A stretch of DNA of 64,000 nucleotides from Amphiscolops sp. MND2022 (GCA_964187785.1 OZ076409.1:93312001-93376000), one strand, 5' to 3'. Counted from the stretch's first letter, positions 14,819 through 28,993 are shown. The notes: generated by a model not told the origin, from the sequence alone. Program-made: numbers and translations.

Positions 14819-15270
14819 GGTGAAGCAACGATTGAGTCCCAAAACAAATTGAGTCCCAAATGCAAAAAGCGTCAATTGAGTCCCGCGACAATTGAGTCAC
14901 GCGACAATTGAGACCCGCGACAATTGAGTCCCAAATAAATTACTTTTATGAACTTACCAAATGCCGACAATTGAGTCCCAAATGTAAAAGCGACAATTGA
15001 GTCCCAAATAAATTGTTTGGTATAATAGATAAAATCATTCATCATTGAAATTTAGCAATTAGCTCACATCACTTTCATTTCAATAGTAATTATCAAGTAT
15101 ACTGATCGAAGAAATCAAATATATTGGTCGGTAAATTATAGAAACCTCTTGCTAATTATGCTAGAATTAGCACCAAACTTTATTCTAAAGGATGTGAAAT
15201 ATTTGGGACTGAATTGTCGACCCCCTAAATTTTTAATGTATTTTCGGGACGTCCCAAAATTGAGTACTCA
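14819..15270. mobile_element. Truncated copy of the Mutator-like foldback element (right end removed by the array junction)
   Basis: Same left end and ATGTAGCAT flank as 25161-25817, with about 3 core 16-bp repeats. It stops at the array junction. Confidence 0.7.
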
Positions 15271-16339
15271 CACCACAATAGTTTGTTGTGGAATTGGTCA
15301 CTTTTCCCAATTTTCGCAATTTGTTAGATCTGAAGTGTCAATTGCTCAACCTAATATTCAATCGCCAATCCTTGAAGAATCAACCCATACTGTCGATTAA
15401 ACTTGCCTTCTTTGACTAACTTGATTGTTTCAAGTGATCTCGTTCCAATATCTCGATCCCTTTGTTTTACTTGGTGGATATACTTGCAGTGACGTTTTAG
15501 TTCAGAGCTTTGCTTTCAATTAGGAATATGTTTCCCAAGGATACAAGTCGTCCCAAAACTGGAATTGAAGCACGATTGCCTGGAGTTGCTGCTAAACCCC
15601 AACGGCATGAGTACACAACAAATTCAGTTCCAAATCGCCCAATAGTCCAATGCCAAAGCCCCAGTGTACACCTTGCACTTCCAATCACCAACTGTAGACC
15701 CAGTCTCCACAGTTCTTGTTGATCGTGAATAGTCGTCTCAGCTACTTGTCACGATTCCGTTCGGATGCGACGACACTTGCAATACTTTTCGATTGCTGTG
15801 CGAACAGGATCACCTGCTGCCACTTCAAGGTTTGGAAGGTCCCAACAATCAAGCTTGTCCTCCCAGCTCTCTGGTTTCTCTCTCCCAAGCTTCGTGGCCA
15901 TTGAATAGATAGATGTTGTGTCACCCGTTTGATGACTCTAACTGCTCACGTGTCTTCCACCACGAATGTAATCCAAACACGATGAAGACGACTTTCCTCT
16001 TGCAGTTTCCCACCAATTTGATGTCCACTCCAACTGTTGATTTCCGCTTAATGTGCTGATGTCCGCCCCAAACTGTTATGTCCGGGTCGGCGGTCCAAAG
16101 GTAACGTAATCTCTTCAATTGACCAAACTTTACTCCGCCCTGAATTCGGTGCTCGGCACTGCGGATCGTTACCGATCATTGCTTGCTTCGTAGATTAAAC
16201 GGACTGTACCCTGACGTAGTAGGTTCCAATGATCCCGAATTGCACTTCTTCCTTGTCTCTTAACGCGTCCATCTCTCCACAAGTTGAGAGTAACTAATTT
16301 AGTCGCCCTAATTCTTTGACGAAAAGTCGATAAGAGGTT

Positions 16340-17017
16340 AAACAAGCCGGGACCGGCCCAAGTCGGCGCCATATCCAAGGCTCAAAAATAGCAAAAAGAC
16401 TTCCAAGTGTCAAGTATTCGTTTACAGTAGTCGAAAATCGAAATTTTTTCGAATTTTTTTTTTGAAAAAATTACATACTAAAAAAATGGACCGAGTGGCG
16501 CGCCGGGGCCCGCTAGCGCGAGCCCCTGGCGCGCTAAAGTCTCACGATGCCGAAAAACTGAAAGGGGGACCCTTTGAGGTTTTTCAACATCCATTCTGTC
16601 GCAAAACATGAAAAAATTGAAGAAAATTTTTTTTAATTTTCGGGATAAAATCTCACAATGCCGAAAAAAACTGAAAGGAGGAACCCTTTGGGATTTTCCA
16701 ACATCCATTCTGTCGCAAAACATCAAAAAAAAATGCAGGGGGGACCCTTTGAGGAAAAAAAATTTCGAAAAAAAAATCCGAAAAAAAATGTCTCGCAGTG
16801 CCGAAAAAAATTGAAAGGCTCTTTGGTCTCGCCCGGTATAATATGTTACGCGGAAAAAGAGGTAAAACCATTTTGGTCCAGTTCGCTAGGCCAAATGGTG
16901 CTATTTGACACCATAATACTTTGTAGAACTTTTAAGAACTATTTTGGTCAGTTCGTGTGGATAGAAAAAAAAGAGTCACTATAATAGTCGCGTTTCACTT
17001 CATGAAGCGCCGACTAA
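16340..17017 (-). mobile_element. Non-autonomous Helentron/Helitron2-type element (HINE/DINE-1-like)
   Basis: Absent from the homologous site in unit 1 (near 11811) and inserted in an A/T run without a TSD. On the minus strand it has a 5' subTIR TTAGTCGGCGC with a nearby partial inverted copy CGCGACTA, and a 3' subTIR GCGCCGACT followed by hairpin GGCCGG-TC-CCGGCT and TGTTT. Confidence 0.75.
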
Positions 17018-19990
17018 AAATGAATTGAGAATAGAAGTGGTCCTAACACCCAACTTTAGTAGTTTTCCTATCAATTTGTGCCTATCTAGTAATGTTATGA
17101 ATCTGGTTTACAATTCTACAGTAAAAATAAATGAAAATAAGAAGTATAAATGAATGACATTTGAGTGTAATAAGACGTTATTAACTATGTAAACAAAGTA
17201 TGTGGTGGTTTTTGCATGGTTGTTAGATGGGTCAGAAAGTATGTTTACACAATGTAAATATCATCAATTTCAACAGAGTTACATTCTAGCGTGGTCATAT
17301 GGGTAAATAACAAAGATTACATTTTCGATTCAATGACCATCACACGTGTGAGGGGTAAAAAATGGTTATTGTGAGGGAACATGACCTTGAAACTAAGTCG
17401 GGGTGTTTGTGTTAGGTACTTGCATATATGTGCCAAGTTTCAAGTCTCTACGACTAACAGTCTTCGAGAAAACCTAACGGTCTTGATTTGGGGGGGGGGG
17501 TTGCCGTTTTGTCAGACTTAACATTTCTTCAACTTTTCATCTAAGTTTCTAAGAGTTTAAATTTTGTTTCCCGAACAGCATGTTCCAAATCCACTTTCTT
17601 TGACTGCTGGTGGCTGGCGCCAAAATGTACCATGGCTTCTAACACAGGGATCATTCCCTGAATTTTGATAATAAGGGCATGATTGTTCACCCGTATTGTA
17701 TCGTCGGAAATGCTATTACCAGGTGGACTAAAAAAACGAAACTAATATTCAACTGCCAATTATCTTTTCATTAGGTAATCAAATTTCAACAAAGGATGAT
17801 TTGAACCTTCAGAAAAAGTATACATTTCTATACGAGCCATTTCGTTCACACTTTTGATGTGTGAAAATTTCTTTGCCTCAAAAAAATTGGAATGACTGAC
17901 AAGCTGAATTGCAATGTTCAGAGTTGTTTTGAATCATCTGTTGACAAATCTTTGAAACTTCGGGAGCTCAAACATTTTCAAGTGTTCCGTTTTTTATGGC
18001 GACGTATGGCATATGAGCCACGCCCGCACTCTGGAGTGCGGTAACCGCTTGTTAATCTCAAGAAATAGGTTTGCGTCTAAAACAATATACAACCAGTGTA
18101 AACAATGCGAACCTTTCACAACATGATCAGTGGCTTTAGTTTTTGTTTAGAAACTTTGAAAGTCATTCTTTTCTCAGCATAAACTTTTAACATTCTCATT
18201 TGTGCATTTGGTTTGAGTGAAAAGTCTATTCAATGCAATCTTCCACAACGTCGCTTGCAGTTTACTAGGTGAACCAAAAAAAACGGAAGGTACAAAAATT
18301 TTCGATCTCTCAAAGCTTCAAATATTTAACAACAAAAGTTTCACAACATCTTTGAACGCTGCTGTCAATCATTCAAGATGGCAACTTTTCTTCGAAGCGA
18401 AAGAACTTTCACGCAATAAAAGTGAGAATGGAATGACTGGTCAAGACGTCTACACTTTTTCTGAAGGTTCGAACCAACCGTAGTTGAAGATGTGATTACG
18501 TAACAGGAGCTTCATGCCAAATGACTGACAGAAAAATTGAACGATTTTCAATTTCTTGTTTACAAATAATACAATTCCGAAGACGCAAATTTTTGTACAT
18601 TCCGTTTTTTTGGTTATACCTAGTATAACCAAGCTTTTAGTAGAAAAGCAACTTATACCGTTCCGGCTTTTTAATGAATAATGATTCAAAGGAGCCCTTA
18701 AATCAGCCTAAAGAGCCCAGAGCTCGTGGACAATTACCAAGTCGGCAAGAGCCCAAAAAGATTGCGAAAAATTTCACAAGAGCACTGACTAAACGTGATT
18801 AGTCACCAACGTAATTTAAGTGCCCATTTGATTCATTATCCATTACAAACCCGGAACGGTATAAATCAGCGCCCATATTAAGGATCGAAAAGTGATAAAT
18901 ACTTCAAGTCGCTTATGATCTGTTACTGAAAGTTTTTTTTTGAATCTCAGTCGAAAAATATTCGAACTTTTCTATAGGAAGTTTTTGGAAAACTCCAAAA
19001 TTTATGGGAAACTCACATGGAAAGAGTTCTGTTGCATTAAAAATCCGTGAGAGCAAGCTGTAAGGTTATGTATTAGGCTTCGGCCTCACTTAATAATTCT
19101 TATTTTTACGCCTATTTTATCCATAATTATTTTTTATCAACCAACACATGTCCTGTTTTTATGTTTTTATACAACATATCAATGGGAATTCACATGTTCT
19201 TTTTTTGAAATTATCAAAACAAAGACAATTGTTTACCAATTGTTCTTTATCAATTTAAATTGGTAAAGACAAACTCTTCTTTTGTAGAATTATATCTTTT
19301 TGAGAAAAAATCCTTCAGCATCGAAACAACTCACATTTCTATTTGTAAACAGAATAAAATTGACAAAATTAATTTGGACCTTTTTAGATTTAAAAAACGT
19401 TTGAAGCTCATTCCGAATGGATTGGAAAAAAACGAAATGCTACTTTATTAGTCGAGTTTTATTTCATGAAGTGCCGGCCAAAAATGAGCAGTGTTATTTC
19501 TTTTATTAAATTTTATACGATTTAGTTGAAGTGTTAGGAATCATGAGTTCATGTATGAGAACAAGGTCATCCATGGTTCATGGTTGTCTTTAAGTGCCAG
19601 CAAAAGTGGAAGAATTTTTCCTGAAATACTGAGCTGTGAGTAATTAATTAAGTGTATCTCCGGGGCAACCTGAGAAACTAAAACCGGGTCGTTTTGAACG
19701 TGATTATTAGCCGTTTTTTTCACCCGTTTGCGTGAACAAAAAAACTTCCTTCGAAAAAAGGTCCAGTGTAACGAATTTCTTTACCACACTGACACACTCA
19801 GAATATTTCTTTAGGTCATTTTGTAGTGTCTGCACTTACAAAAATTGAGGTTTTTCACGGGAAAACCTGCGATGTTTCGCGGGTGTTTTGTTCTGAATTC
19901 ATTTGGTGTTGCACTGAAAACCCGCCAATTGTATAGGAATCCTAATAAATACTTGAAGAAATAGCATTGCATCAGTTAAATATGTAGCAT

Positions 19991-20442
19991 GGTGAAGCAA
20001 CGATTGAGTCCCAAAACAAATTGAGTCCCAAATGCAAAAAGCGTCAATTGAGTCCCGCGACAATTGAGTCACACGACAATTGAGACCCGCGACAATTGAG
20101 TGCCAAATAAATTACTTTTATGAACTTACCAAATGCCGACAATTGAGTCCCAAATGTAAAAGCGACAATTGAGTCCCAAATAAATTGTTTGGTATAATAG
20201 ATAAAATCATTCATCATTGAAATTTAGCAATTAGCTCACATCACTTTCATTTCAATAGTAATTATCAAGTATACTGATCGAAGAAATCAAATATATTGGT
20301 CGGTAAATTATAGAAACCTCTTGCTAATTATGCTAGAATTAGCACCAAACTTTATTCTAAAGGATGTGAAATATTTGGGACTGAATTGTCGACCCCCTAA
20401 ATTTTTAATGTATTTTTGGGACGTCCCAAAATTGAGTACTCA
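19991..20442. mobile_element. Truncated copy of the Mutator-like foldback element
   Basis: Same structure as 14819-15270. Confidence 0.7.
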
Positions 20443-21511
20443 CACCACAATAGTTTGTTGTGGAATTGGTCACTTTTCCCAATTTTCGCAATTTGTTAGA
20501 TCTGAAGTGTCAATTGCTCAACCTAATATTCAATCGCCAATCCTTGAAGAATCAACCCATACTGTCGATTAAACTTGCCTTCTTTGACTAACTTGATTGT
20601 TTCAAGTGATCTCGTTCCAATATCTCGATCCCTTTGTTTTACTTGGTGGATATACTTGCAGTGACGTTTTAGTTCAGAGCTTTGCTTTCAATTAGGAATA
20701 TGTTTCCCAAGGATACAATTCGTCCCAAAACTGGAATTGAAGCAAGATTGCCTGGAGTTGCTGCTAAACCCCAACGGCATGAGTACACAACAAATTCAGT
20801 TCCAAATCGCCCAATAGTCCAATGCCAAAGCCCCAGTGTACACCTTGCACTTCCAATCACCAACTGTAGACCCAGTCTCCACAGTTCTTGTTGATCGTGA
20901 ATAGTCGTCTCAGCTACTTGTCACGATTCCGTTCGGATGCGACGACACTTGCAATACTTTTCGATTGCTGTGCGAACAGGATCACCTGCTGCCACTTCAA
21001 GGTTTGGAAGGTCCCAACAATCAAGCTTGTCCTCCCAGCTCTCTGGTTTCTCTCTCCCAAGCTTCGTGGCCATTGAATAGATAGATAATGTGTCACCCGT
21101 TTGATGACTCTAACTGCTCACGTGTCTTCCACCACGAATGTAATCCAAACACGATGAAGACGACTTTCCTCTTGCAGTTTCCCACCAATTTGATGTCCAC
21201 TCCAACTGTTGATTTCCGCTTAATGTGCTGATGTCCGCCCCAAACTGTTATGTCCGGGTCGGCGGTCCAAAGGTAACGTAATCTCTTCAATTGACCAAAC
21301 TTTACTCCGCCCTGAATTCGGTGCTCGGCACTGCGGATCGTTACCGATCATTGCTTGCTTCGTAGATTAAACGGACTGTACCCTGACGTAGTAGGTTCCA
21401 ATGATCCCGAATTGCACTTCTTCCTTGTCTCTTAACGCGTCCATCTCTCCACAAGTTGAGAGTAACTAATTTAGTCGCCCTAATTCTTTGACGAAAAGTC
21501 GATAAGAGGTT

Positions 21512-22187
21512 AAACAAGCCGGGACCGGCCCAAGTCGGCGCCATATCCAAGGCTCAAAAATAGCAAAAAGACTTCCAAGTGTCAAGTATTCGTTTACAGT
21601 AGTCGAAAATCGAAAATTTTTCGAATTTTTTTTTGAAAAAATTACATACTAAAAAATGGACCGAGTGGCGCGCCGGGGCCCGCTAGCGCGAGCCCCTGGC
21701 GCGCTAAAGTCTCACGATGCCGAAAAACTGAAAGGGGGGACCCTTTGAGGTTTTTCAACATCCATTCTGTCGCAAAACATGAAAAAATTGAAGAAAATTT
21801 TTTTTTATTTTCGGGATAAAATCTCACAATGCCGAAAAAAACTGAAAGGAGGAACCCTTTGGGATTTTCCAACATCCATTCTGTCGCAAAACATCAAAAA
21901 AAATGCAGGGGGGACCCTTTGAGGAAAAAAAATTTCGAAAAAAAATCCGAAAAAAAATGTCTCGCAGTGCCGAAAAAAATTGAAAGGCTCTTTGGTCTCG
22001 CCCGGTATAATATGTTACGCGGAAAAAGAGGTAAAACCATTTTGGTCCAGTTCGCTAGGCCAAATGGTGCTATTTGACACCATAATATTTTGTAGAACTT
22101 TCAAGAACTATTTTGGTCAGTTCGTGTGGATAGAAAAAAAAAGAGTCACTATAATAGTCGCGTTTCACTTCATGAAGCGCCGACTAA
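21512..22187 (-). mobile_element. Copy of the HINE-like element in array unit 3
   Basis: Near-identical to 16340-17017, at the homologous position. Confidence 0.75.
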
Positions 22188-25160
22188 AAATGAATTGAGA
22201 ATAGAAGTGGTCCTAACACCCAACTTTAGTAGTTTTCCTATCAATTTGTGCCTATCTAGTAATGTTATGAATCTGGTTTACAATTCTACAGTAAGAATAA
22301 ATGAAAATAAGAAGTATAAATGAATGACATTTAAGTGTAATAAGACGTTATTAACTATGTAAACAAAGTATGTGGTGGTTTTTGCATGGTTGTTAGATGG
22401 GTCAGAAAGTATGTTTACACAATGTAAATATCATCAATTTCAACAGAGTTACATTCTAGCGTGGTCATATGGGTAAATAACAAATATTACATTTTCGATT
22501 CAATGACCATCACACGTGTGAGGGGTAAAAAATGGTTATTGTGAGGGAACATGACCTTGAAACTAAGTCGGGGTGTTTGTGTTAGGTACTTGCATATGTG
22601 TGCCAAGTTTCAAGTCTCTACGACTAACAGTCTTTGAGAAAACGTAACGGTCTTGATTTGGGGGGGGGTTGCCGTTTTGTCAGACTTAACATTTCTTCAA
22701 CTTTTCATCTAAGTTTCTAAGAGTTTAAGTTTTGTTTCCCGAACAGCATGTTCCAAATCGACTTTCTTTGACTGCTGGTGGCTGGCGCCAAAATGTACCA
22801 TGGCTTCTAACACAGGGATCATTCCCTGAATTTTGATAATAAGGGCATGATTGTTCACCCGTATTGTATCGTCGGAAATGCTATTACCAGGTGGACTAAA
22901 AAAACGAAACATCCAAAAAAAACTAATATTCAACTGCCAATTATCTTTTCATTAGGTAATCAAATTTCAACAAAGGATGATTTGAACCTTCAGAAAAAGT
23001 ATACATTTCTATACGAGCCATTTCGTTCACACTTTTGATGTGTGAAAATTTCTTTGCCTCAAAAAAATTGGAATGACTGACAAGCTGAATTGCAATGTTC
23101 AGAGTTGTTTTGAATCATCTGTTGACAAATCTTTGAAACTTCGGGAGCTCAAACATTTTCAAGTGTTCCGTTTTTTATGGCGACGTATGGCATATGAGCC
23201 ACGCCCGCACTCTGGAGTGCGGTAACCGCTTGTTAATCTCAAGAAATAGGTTTGCGTCTAAAACAATATACAACCAGTGTAAACAATGCGAACCTTTCAC
23301 AACATGATCAGTGGCTTTAGTTTTTGTTTAGAAACTTTGAAAGTCATTCTTTTCTCAGCATAAACTTTTAACATTCTCATTTGTGCATTTGGTTTGAGTG
23401 AAAAGTCTATTCAATGCAATCTTCCACAACGTCGCTTGCAGTTTACTAGGTGAACCAAAAAAAAAACGGAAGGTACAAAAATTTTCGATCTCTCAAAGCT
23501 TCAAATATTTAACAACAAAAGTTTCACAACATCTTTGAACGCTGCTGTCAATCATTCAAGATGGCAACTTTTCTTCGAAGCGAAAGAGCTTTCACGCAAT
23601 AAAAGTGAGAATGGAATGACTGGTCAAGACGTCTACACTTTTTCTGAAGGTTCGAACCAACCGTAGTTGAAGATGTGATTACGTAACAGGAGCTTCATGC
23701 CAAATGACTGACAGAAAAATTGAACGATTTTCAATTTCTTGTTTACAAATAATACAATTCCGAAGACGCAAATTTTTGTACATTCCGTTTTTTTGGTTAT
23801 ACCTAGTATAACCAAGCTTTTAGTAGAAAAGCAACTTATACCGTTCCGGCTTTTTAATGAATAATGATTCAAAGGAGCCCTTAAATCAGCTTAATGAGCC
23901 CAAAGCTCGTGGACAATTACCAAGTCGGCAAGAGCCCAAAAAGATTGCGAAAAATTTCACAAGAGCACTGACTAAACGTGATTAGTCACCAACGTAATTT
24001 AAGGGCCCATTTGATTCATTATCCATTACAAACCCGGAACGGTATAAATCAGCGCCCATATTAAGGATCGAAAAGTGATAAATACTTCAAGTCGCTTATG
24101 ATCTGTTACTGAAAGTTTTTTTTTGAATCTCAGTCAAAAAATATTCGAACTTTTCTATTGGAAGTTTTTGGAAAACTCCAAAATTTATGGGAAACTCACA
24201 TGGAAAGAGTTCTGTTGCATTAAAAATCCGTGAGAGCAAGCTGTAAGGTTATGTATTAGGCTTCGGCCTCACTTAATAGTTCTTGTTATTACGCCTATTT
24301 TATCCATAATTATTTTTTATCAACCAACACATGTCCTGTTTTTATGTTTTTATACAACATATCAATGGGAATTCACATGTTCTTTTTTTGAAATTATCAA
24401 AACAAAGACAATTGTTTACCAATTGTTCTTTACCAATTTAAATTGGTAAAGACAAACTCTTCTTTTGTAGAATTATATCTTTTTGAGAAAAAATCCTTCA
24501 GCATCGAAACAACTCACATTTCTATTTGTAAACAGAATAAAATTGACAAAATTAATTTGGACGTTTTTAGATTTAAAAAACGTTTGAAGCTCTTTCCGAA
24601 TGGATTGGAAAAAACCTACGAAACGCTACTTTAATAGTCGAGTTTTATTTCATGACGTGCCGGCCAAAAATGAGCAGTGTTATTTCCTTTATTAAATTTT
24701 ATACGATTTAGTTGAAATGAGTTCATGTATGAGAATAAGATCATCCATGGTTTATGGTTGTCTTTAATTGCGAGCAAAAGTGGAAGAATTTTTCCTGAAA
24801 TGATAAGCTGTGAGTAATTAATTAGTGTATCTCCGGGGCAACCTGAGAAACTAAAACCGGGTCGTATTGAACGTGATTATTAGCCGTTTTTTTCAACCGT
24901 TTGCGTGAACAAAAAACTTCCTTCGAAAAAAGGTCCAGTGTAACTAATTTTTTTACCACACTGACACACTCAGAATATTTCTTTAGGTCATTTTGTAGTG
25001 TCTGCACTTACAAAAATTGAGGTTTTGCACGGGAAAACCTGCGATGTTTCGCGGGTGTTTTTTTCTGAATTCATTTGGTGTTGCATTGAAAACCCGCCAA
25101 TTGTATAGGAATCCTAATAAATACTTGAAGAAATAGCATTGCATCAGTTAAATGTAGCAT

Positions 25161-25817
25161 GGTGAAGCAACGATTGAGTCCCAAAACAAATTGAGTCCCA
25201 AAACAAATTGAGTCCCAAAACAAGTTGAGTCCCAAATGCAAAAAGCGTCAATTGAGTCCCGCGACAATTGAGTCCCGCGACAATTGAGTCCCGCGACAAT
25301 TGAGTCCCGCGACAATTGAGTCCCGCGACAATTGAGTCCCGCGACAATTGAGTCCCGCGACAATTGAGTCCCGCGACAATTGAGTCCCGCGACAATTGAG
25401 TCCCGCGACAATTGAGTCCCAAATAAATTACTTTTATGAACTTACCAAATGCCGACAATTGAGTCCCAAATGTAAAAAGCGACAATTGAGTCCCAAATAA
25501 ATTGTTTGGTGTAATATAGGAAATCATTCATCCTTGAAATTTAACAATTAGCTCACATCACTTTCATTTCAATAGTAATTATCAAGTATACTGATCGAAG
25601 AAATCAAGTATATTGGTCGGTAAATTATAGAAACCTCTTGCTAATTATGCTAGAATTAGCACCAAACTTTATTCTAAAGGATGTGAATTATTTGGGACTG
25701 AATTGTCGACCCCCTAAACTTTCAATGTATTTTTTGGACGTCCCAAAATTGAGTACTCAATTTGTTTTGGGACTCAATTGTCGCTTTTTGCATTTGGGAC
25801 TCAATCGTCCATTTCCC
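25161..25817. mobile_element. Non-autonomous Mutator/Foldback-like element with 9-bp TSD
   Basis: ATGTAGCAT direct repeat at 25152-25160 and 25818-25826. Termini are GG...CC. ATTGAGTCCC motifs on the left are inverted (GGGACTCAAT) on the right. Ten perfect 16-bp units GAGTCCCGCGACAATT occupy 25254-25413. Confidence 0.8.
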
Positions 25818-25928
25818 ATGTAGCATTAATGATTTTTTATGAAACTCCAAATATCATGCAAAAAGTGCTTGGTGGCCTATAAAAATATTCAAAAGTTTCA
25901 AGCAGTTTCAGCTAGGGCAAGCACTCAC

Positions 25929-26163
25929 TTCTCAATAAGTTTTTAAGACGTGATAACTCATCTATGTCTGTGGAGAGAACGGAATTGCTGATTCTAGAGA
26001 GAGGTAGGCTGAGAGAACTTCTATGGATGTTTTTCGGAGACATCCCGTGTCTGTAACTCATTAGGAAAGTGCTCTTTGCAGTTTCTGGGTCTTGTAGTCT
26101 GAATGTAGTGAGATTTCTGCGAAGTTTCATGCTTTCGATGAAACTCAAGTTATTGGCTCCCAT
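25929..26163 (-). CDS. Possible coding exon of a host gene
   Basis: ATG-initiated open frame (MGANNLSF...) that meets a consensus donor GTGAGT at 25928. No homology recognised. Confidence 0.3.
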
Positions 26164-28993
26164 TTTGAACTTTCAACCTTGATAGAGCATTGAAACCAAA
26201 CTGACGGGGAGTTCCTTTTTGGTAACAAAGGTAGTTAAAGAAAGTTGAAGGAATAATAATTCAGTAAGTTGAAGAAATAATAATTGATGGAACTGAGTTC
26301 ACAGGCAAGCTAAAAGTAAAAAATTTCTCCATTTCATCAAAAAGTCAAAACTTGAACTTAGAAAAACTATGTGTTCTGAGTATTTGAATGCACACAGTTT
26401 TTCTGCTGATTGTGAAATTTGATTTTGAAAGGGGTTTATAAATGTATTGAAAATTTTTGATTATTAATTTAAGCAAACAATTGGCAATTTTAATTTGTAG
26501 ACGTTTTTACTCGGAGTATCAGTTTTTCTTGAAAAATTGAACTCCTTTTATTTTGGAGCTTCTGAGGACGAATTTCGGTATCATTTTAATTTAGAGTGAT
26601 ATTAGTACTCTACTTAATTCGAAACTTATTGAACCATAATTGTATACAATAAAATTTTTCGGAAAAAACTTGAAGTTTGAAAAATCAGTTTCAAAAAAAT
26701 AGAACGCTTGATTTGCCTGTCAGTAAAATTTAAGGTTGGATAAGCTTCAAGAGGTTTCACAGCTAAACCATGAAGATACAGTAATCAAAAACTGTGTGTC
26801 CTTTTGATAGTTTTTGTCATTACACAAGTAAACGTACGGACTTTCTGAAGCTTAGAGATATGGTTTGAAGCTGCAAGGTTTGCTGAAGAGTTAGTTCATG
26901 TCATCTTTGCGTGCTCAAAAATTACTCTGCAGTCATTTTTCATGCACAAAGTGCAATCGGATCTTAATGAGACAATTTCAAATTTTAAGTGCGCTCATTT
27001 GAGCGTAACAAAAACAATCTTGCAAAAGTTAAAATGGAACGATTGTAAGCCGCGCTTGATTTTTCTTTGTCTGCAACTAATCTGAAGAACAAATGTTCAA
27101 AATTCGGCTTTGACTAGAAAGAAAATTTTTAGCTTAGATTTAGCACCCATACATGTTTTATATGCAGTTTTTGTATGCATAAGACTGGAACATGCCCTTG
27201 TTGAAATTACTTGAACTTTTTGCAGCAACTTTTATAACGATTTTCTAACTATGATATCAATAACTCTATTTATTTCGGCTGGACAAAGTATACAAAACCG
27301 AGATTTTTCTGCACACAGGTAGAAATGGATAAATATTTACAAATTAACCAAGAAAGGACACTAAGTAAGCTTCGAGCAAGCTTGTTGCAAAGATACCCCG
27401 AAGAGAAAATAAACGAAAGAGTGAAAAGTTAGAGACGTTTTCCAGGAGCTAAGGAGACGAATTTTAAAACATTATTTGTAGTGTGGCTAAGATTTTACGA
27501 GTATTTTGAACATTCAGTTTACTTGTAAACAATATTGATCAGTTCGCCATTGCAGAAAAAGTAAAGTCTGCAATCTGGTGATGCCATTTTTTGAACAACT
27601 TTTTATCCATTTCGCATAATTTTTCATCAGAAGGTAATACCCCCCCATTTACGTAAGGCATTCGTGAGCAATATTGCGCGAGAATTGAGCAAGTGTTTTT
27701 TTTCAGCGAAATTCCATACATTCGGATTTTTATTTTTCTAAAACACATTCGGAAATTTTCATGTAGAAAAATCTTTCCCTGTTGTATCCTATATTTTTTG
27801 GCTGTTTGAAAGATTAATCAAAGTTTGCGCGGCAATTTTAAGCCTTGAAGTTATGCAGGTTGTTCAAAGTCCTCATGAGCTCTTCAACGTCTTGACATCA
27901 CTGGGGAAAAATATTTTATCAGGATTTCGAGTTTTTTGGTATAATTGATGAAAAGTGCACATCGACTCCTAATTGCTGTTTTCTGGGAAACATCTTCGAC
28001 CACAGAGTTGAAAATACATGAAAATTCATCGAAACTCGAACATACTCATGCTTCTTAATTTTTATAATTGTTTAAATCAGCCCATAAATCACATATGGAC
28101 AATTTCACGGGAATCTTTCTTTTTGTCGGTGGTTTTCCCAATGTTTTGTATACTCGGATTTCATCTTCAAAAATAGACTTCGCCCCACAGATTTGAACAG
28201 CCAAATGTGCTCAGAAGCTCATGTAGTTATTCAATGGTATTCGAAAAAAAAGATGAGAAAATCAAATTTTCAACCTTTTGGCAAGTTTTCACGTTTTAAA
28301 GCAAGAATTCTGAAAGTTGAAATTTAAAAAAAGCGCGTCTTTAAGAAAACTACTACCAAGAAATTTTTCTTTCGAAATTTCTAATGCAACTTTTTTTAAA
28401 GTAATTTGAAAATATAGCAAGGTGGAAATCATTCCTGTGTTTAGCGGGTATTCTCGTCACGAGAAACCCCAGTCTAACTTAAAACCAGCCAAACCTCGGG
28501 ATTAATCACATGCACCCATCATCTTGCTGCTTTCATCTTGCTGTTGATCAATGCAATTTTTTTCGGCAAACAATACACGTTCGAGGTTGAATTTATAAAT
28601 GCGATAACCCCGACATTCAGAGTAAAACTATTTGTGAAGCTGTCTTAGAGCGAGGGTAATTTTGTCTATAGTAAAGAATCTCGCGAAAAGAAATCAAGTC
28701 CGAAAAAAACGACGAGACAAATTCGAAAGTTACGAGAGTTTTTTTCTAGCATTTACGTTTGCGAAATTGTTCTTTTATCGAGAAGTGAGACTCTCTCTTG
28801 GTTTTATGAAGTAGTTTCAGAAACGTGATAGTAATCTAAGTCTTGGTACTCTAAAATTGTGTTCGTATCAACGCAATTTGGTGTTAAATGCTCAATTTTT
28901 AACAGATGTTATTTTACGTTTCAACAAGATATCATCGTCGAATATGACTTTAGTTATCATCTTGTCAGTCGGCAATGCCCTGATGAGAAAAAA

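Larger units (their letters stand above)
10739..25759. repeat. Three-unit tandem segmental array (units 10739-15270, 15274-20442, 20446-25759)
   Basis: The same short ORFs recur at offsets of 4535 and 5172 bp. Both internal junctions read GAGTACTCA-CAC-CACAATAG. Confidence 0.97.

Noticed and set aside
25254..25420. CRISPR-like regular repeat array
   Set aside because: The units are contiguous 16-mers with no unique spacers, there are no cas genes, and the context is eukaryotic. It is a minisatellite inside a DNA transposon.
25144..25527. 127-aa repetitive ORF (GTQLSRDSIVAGLNCR repeats)
   Set aside because: It is a by-product of the stop-free 16-bp repeat, with no sign of a real gene.
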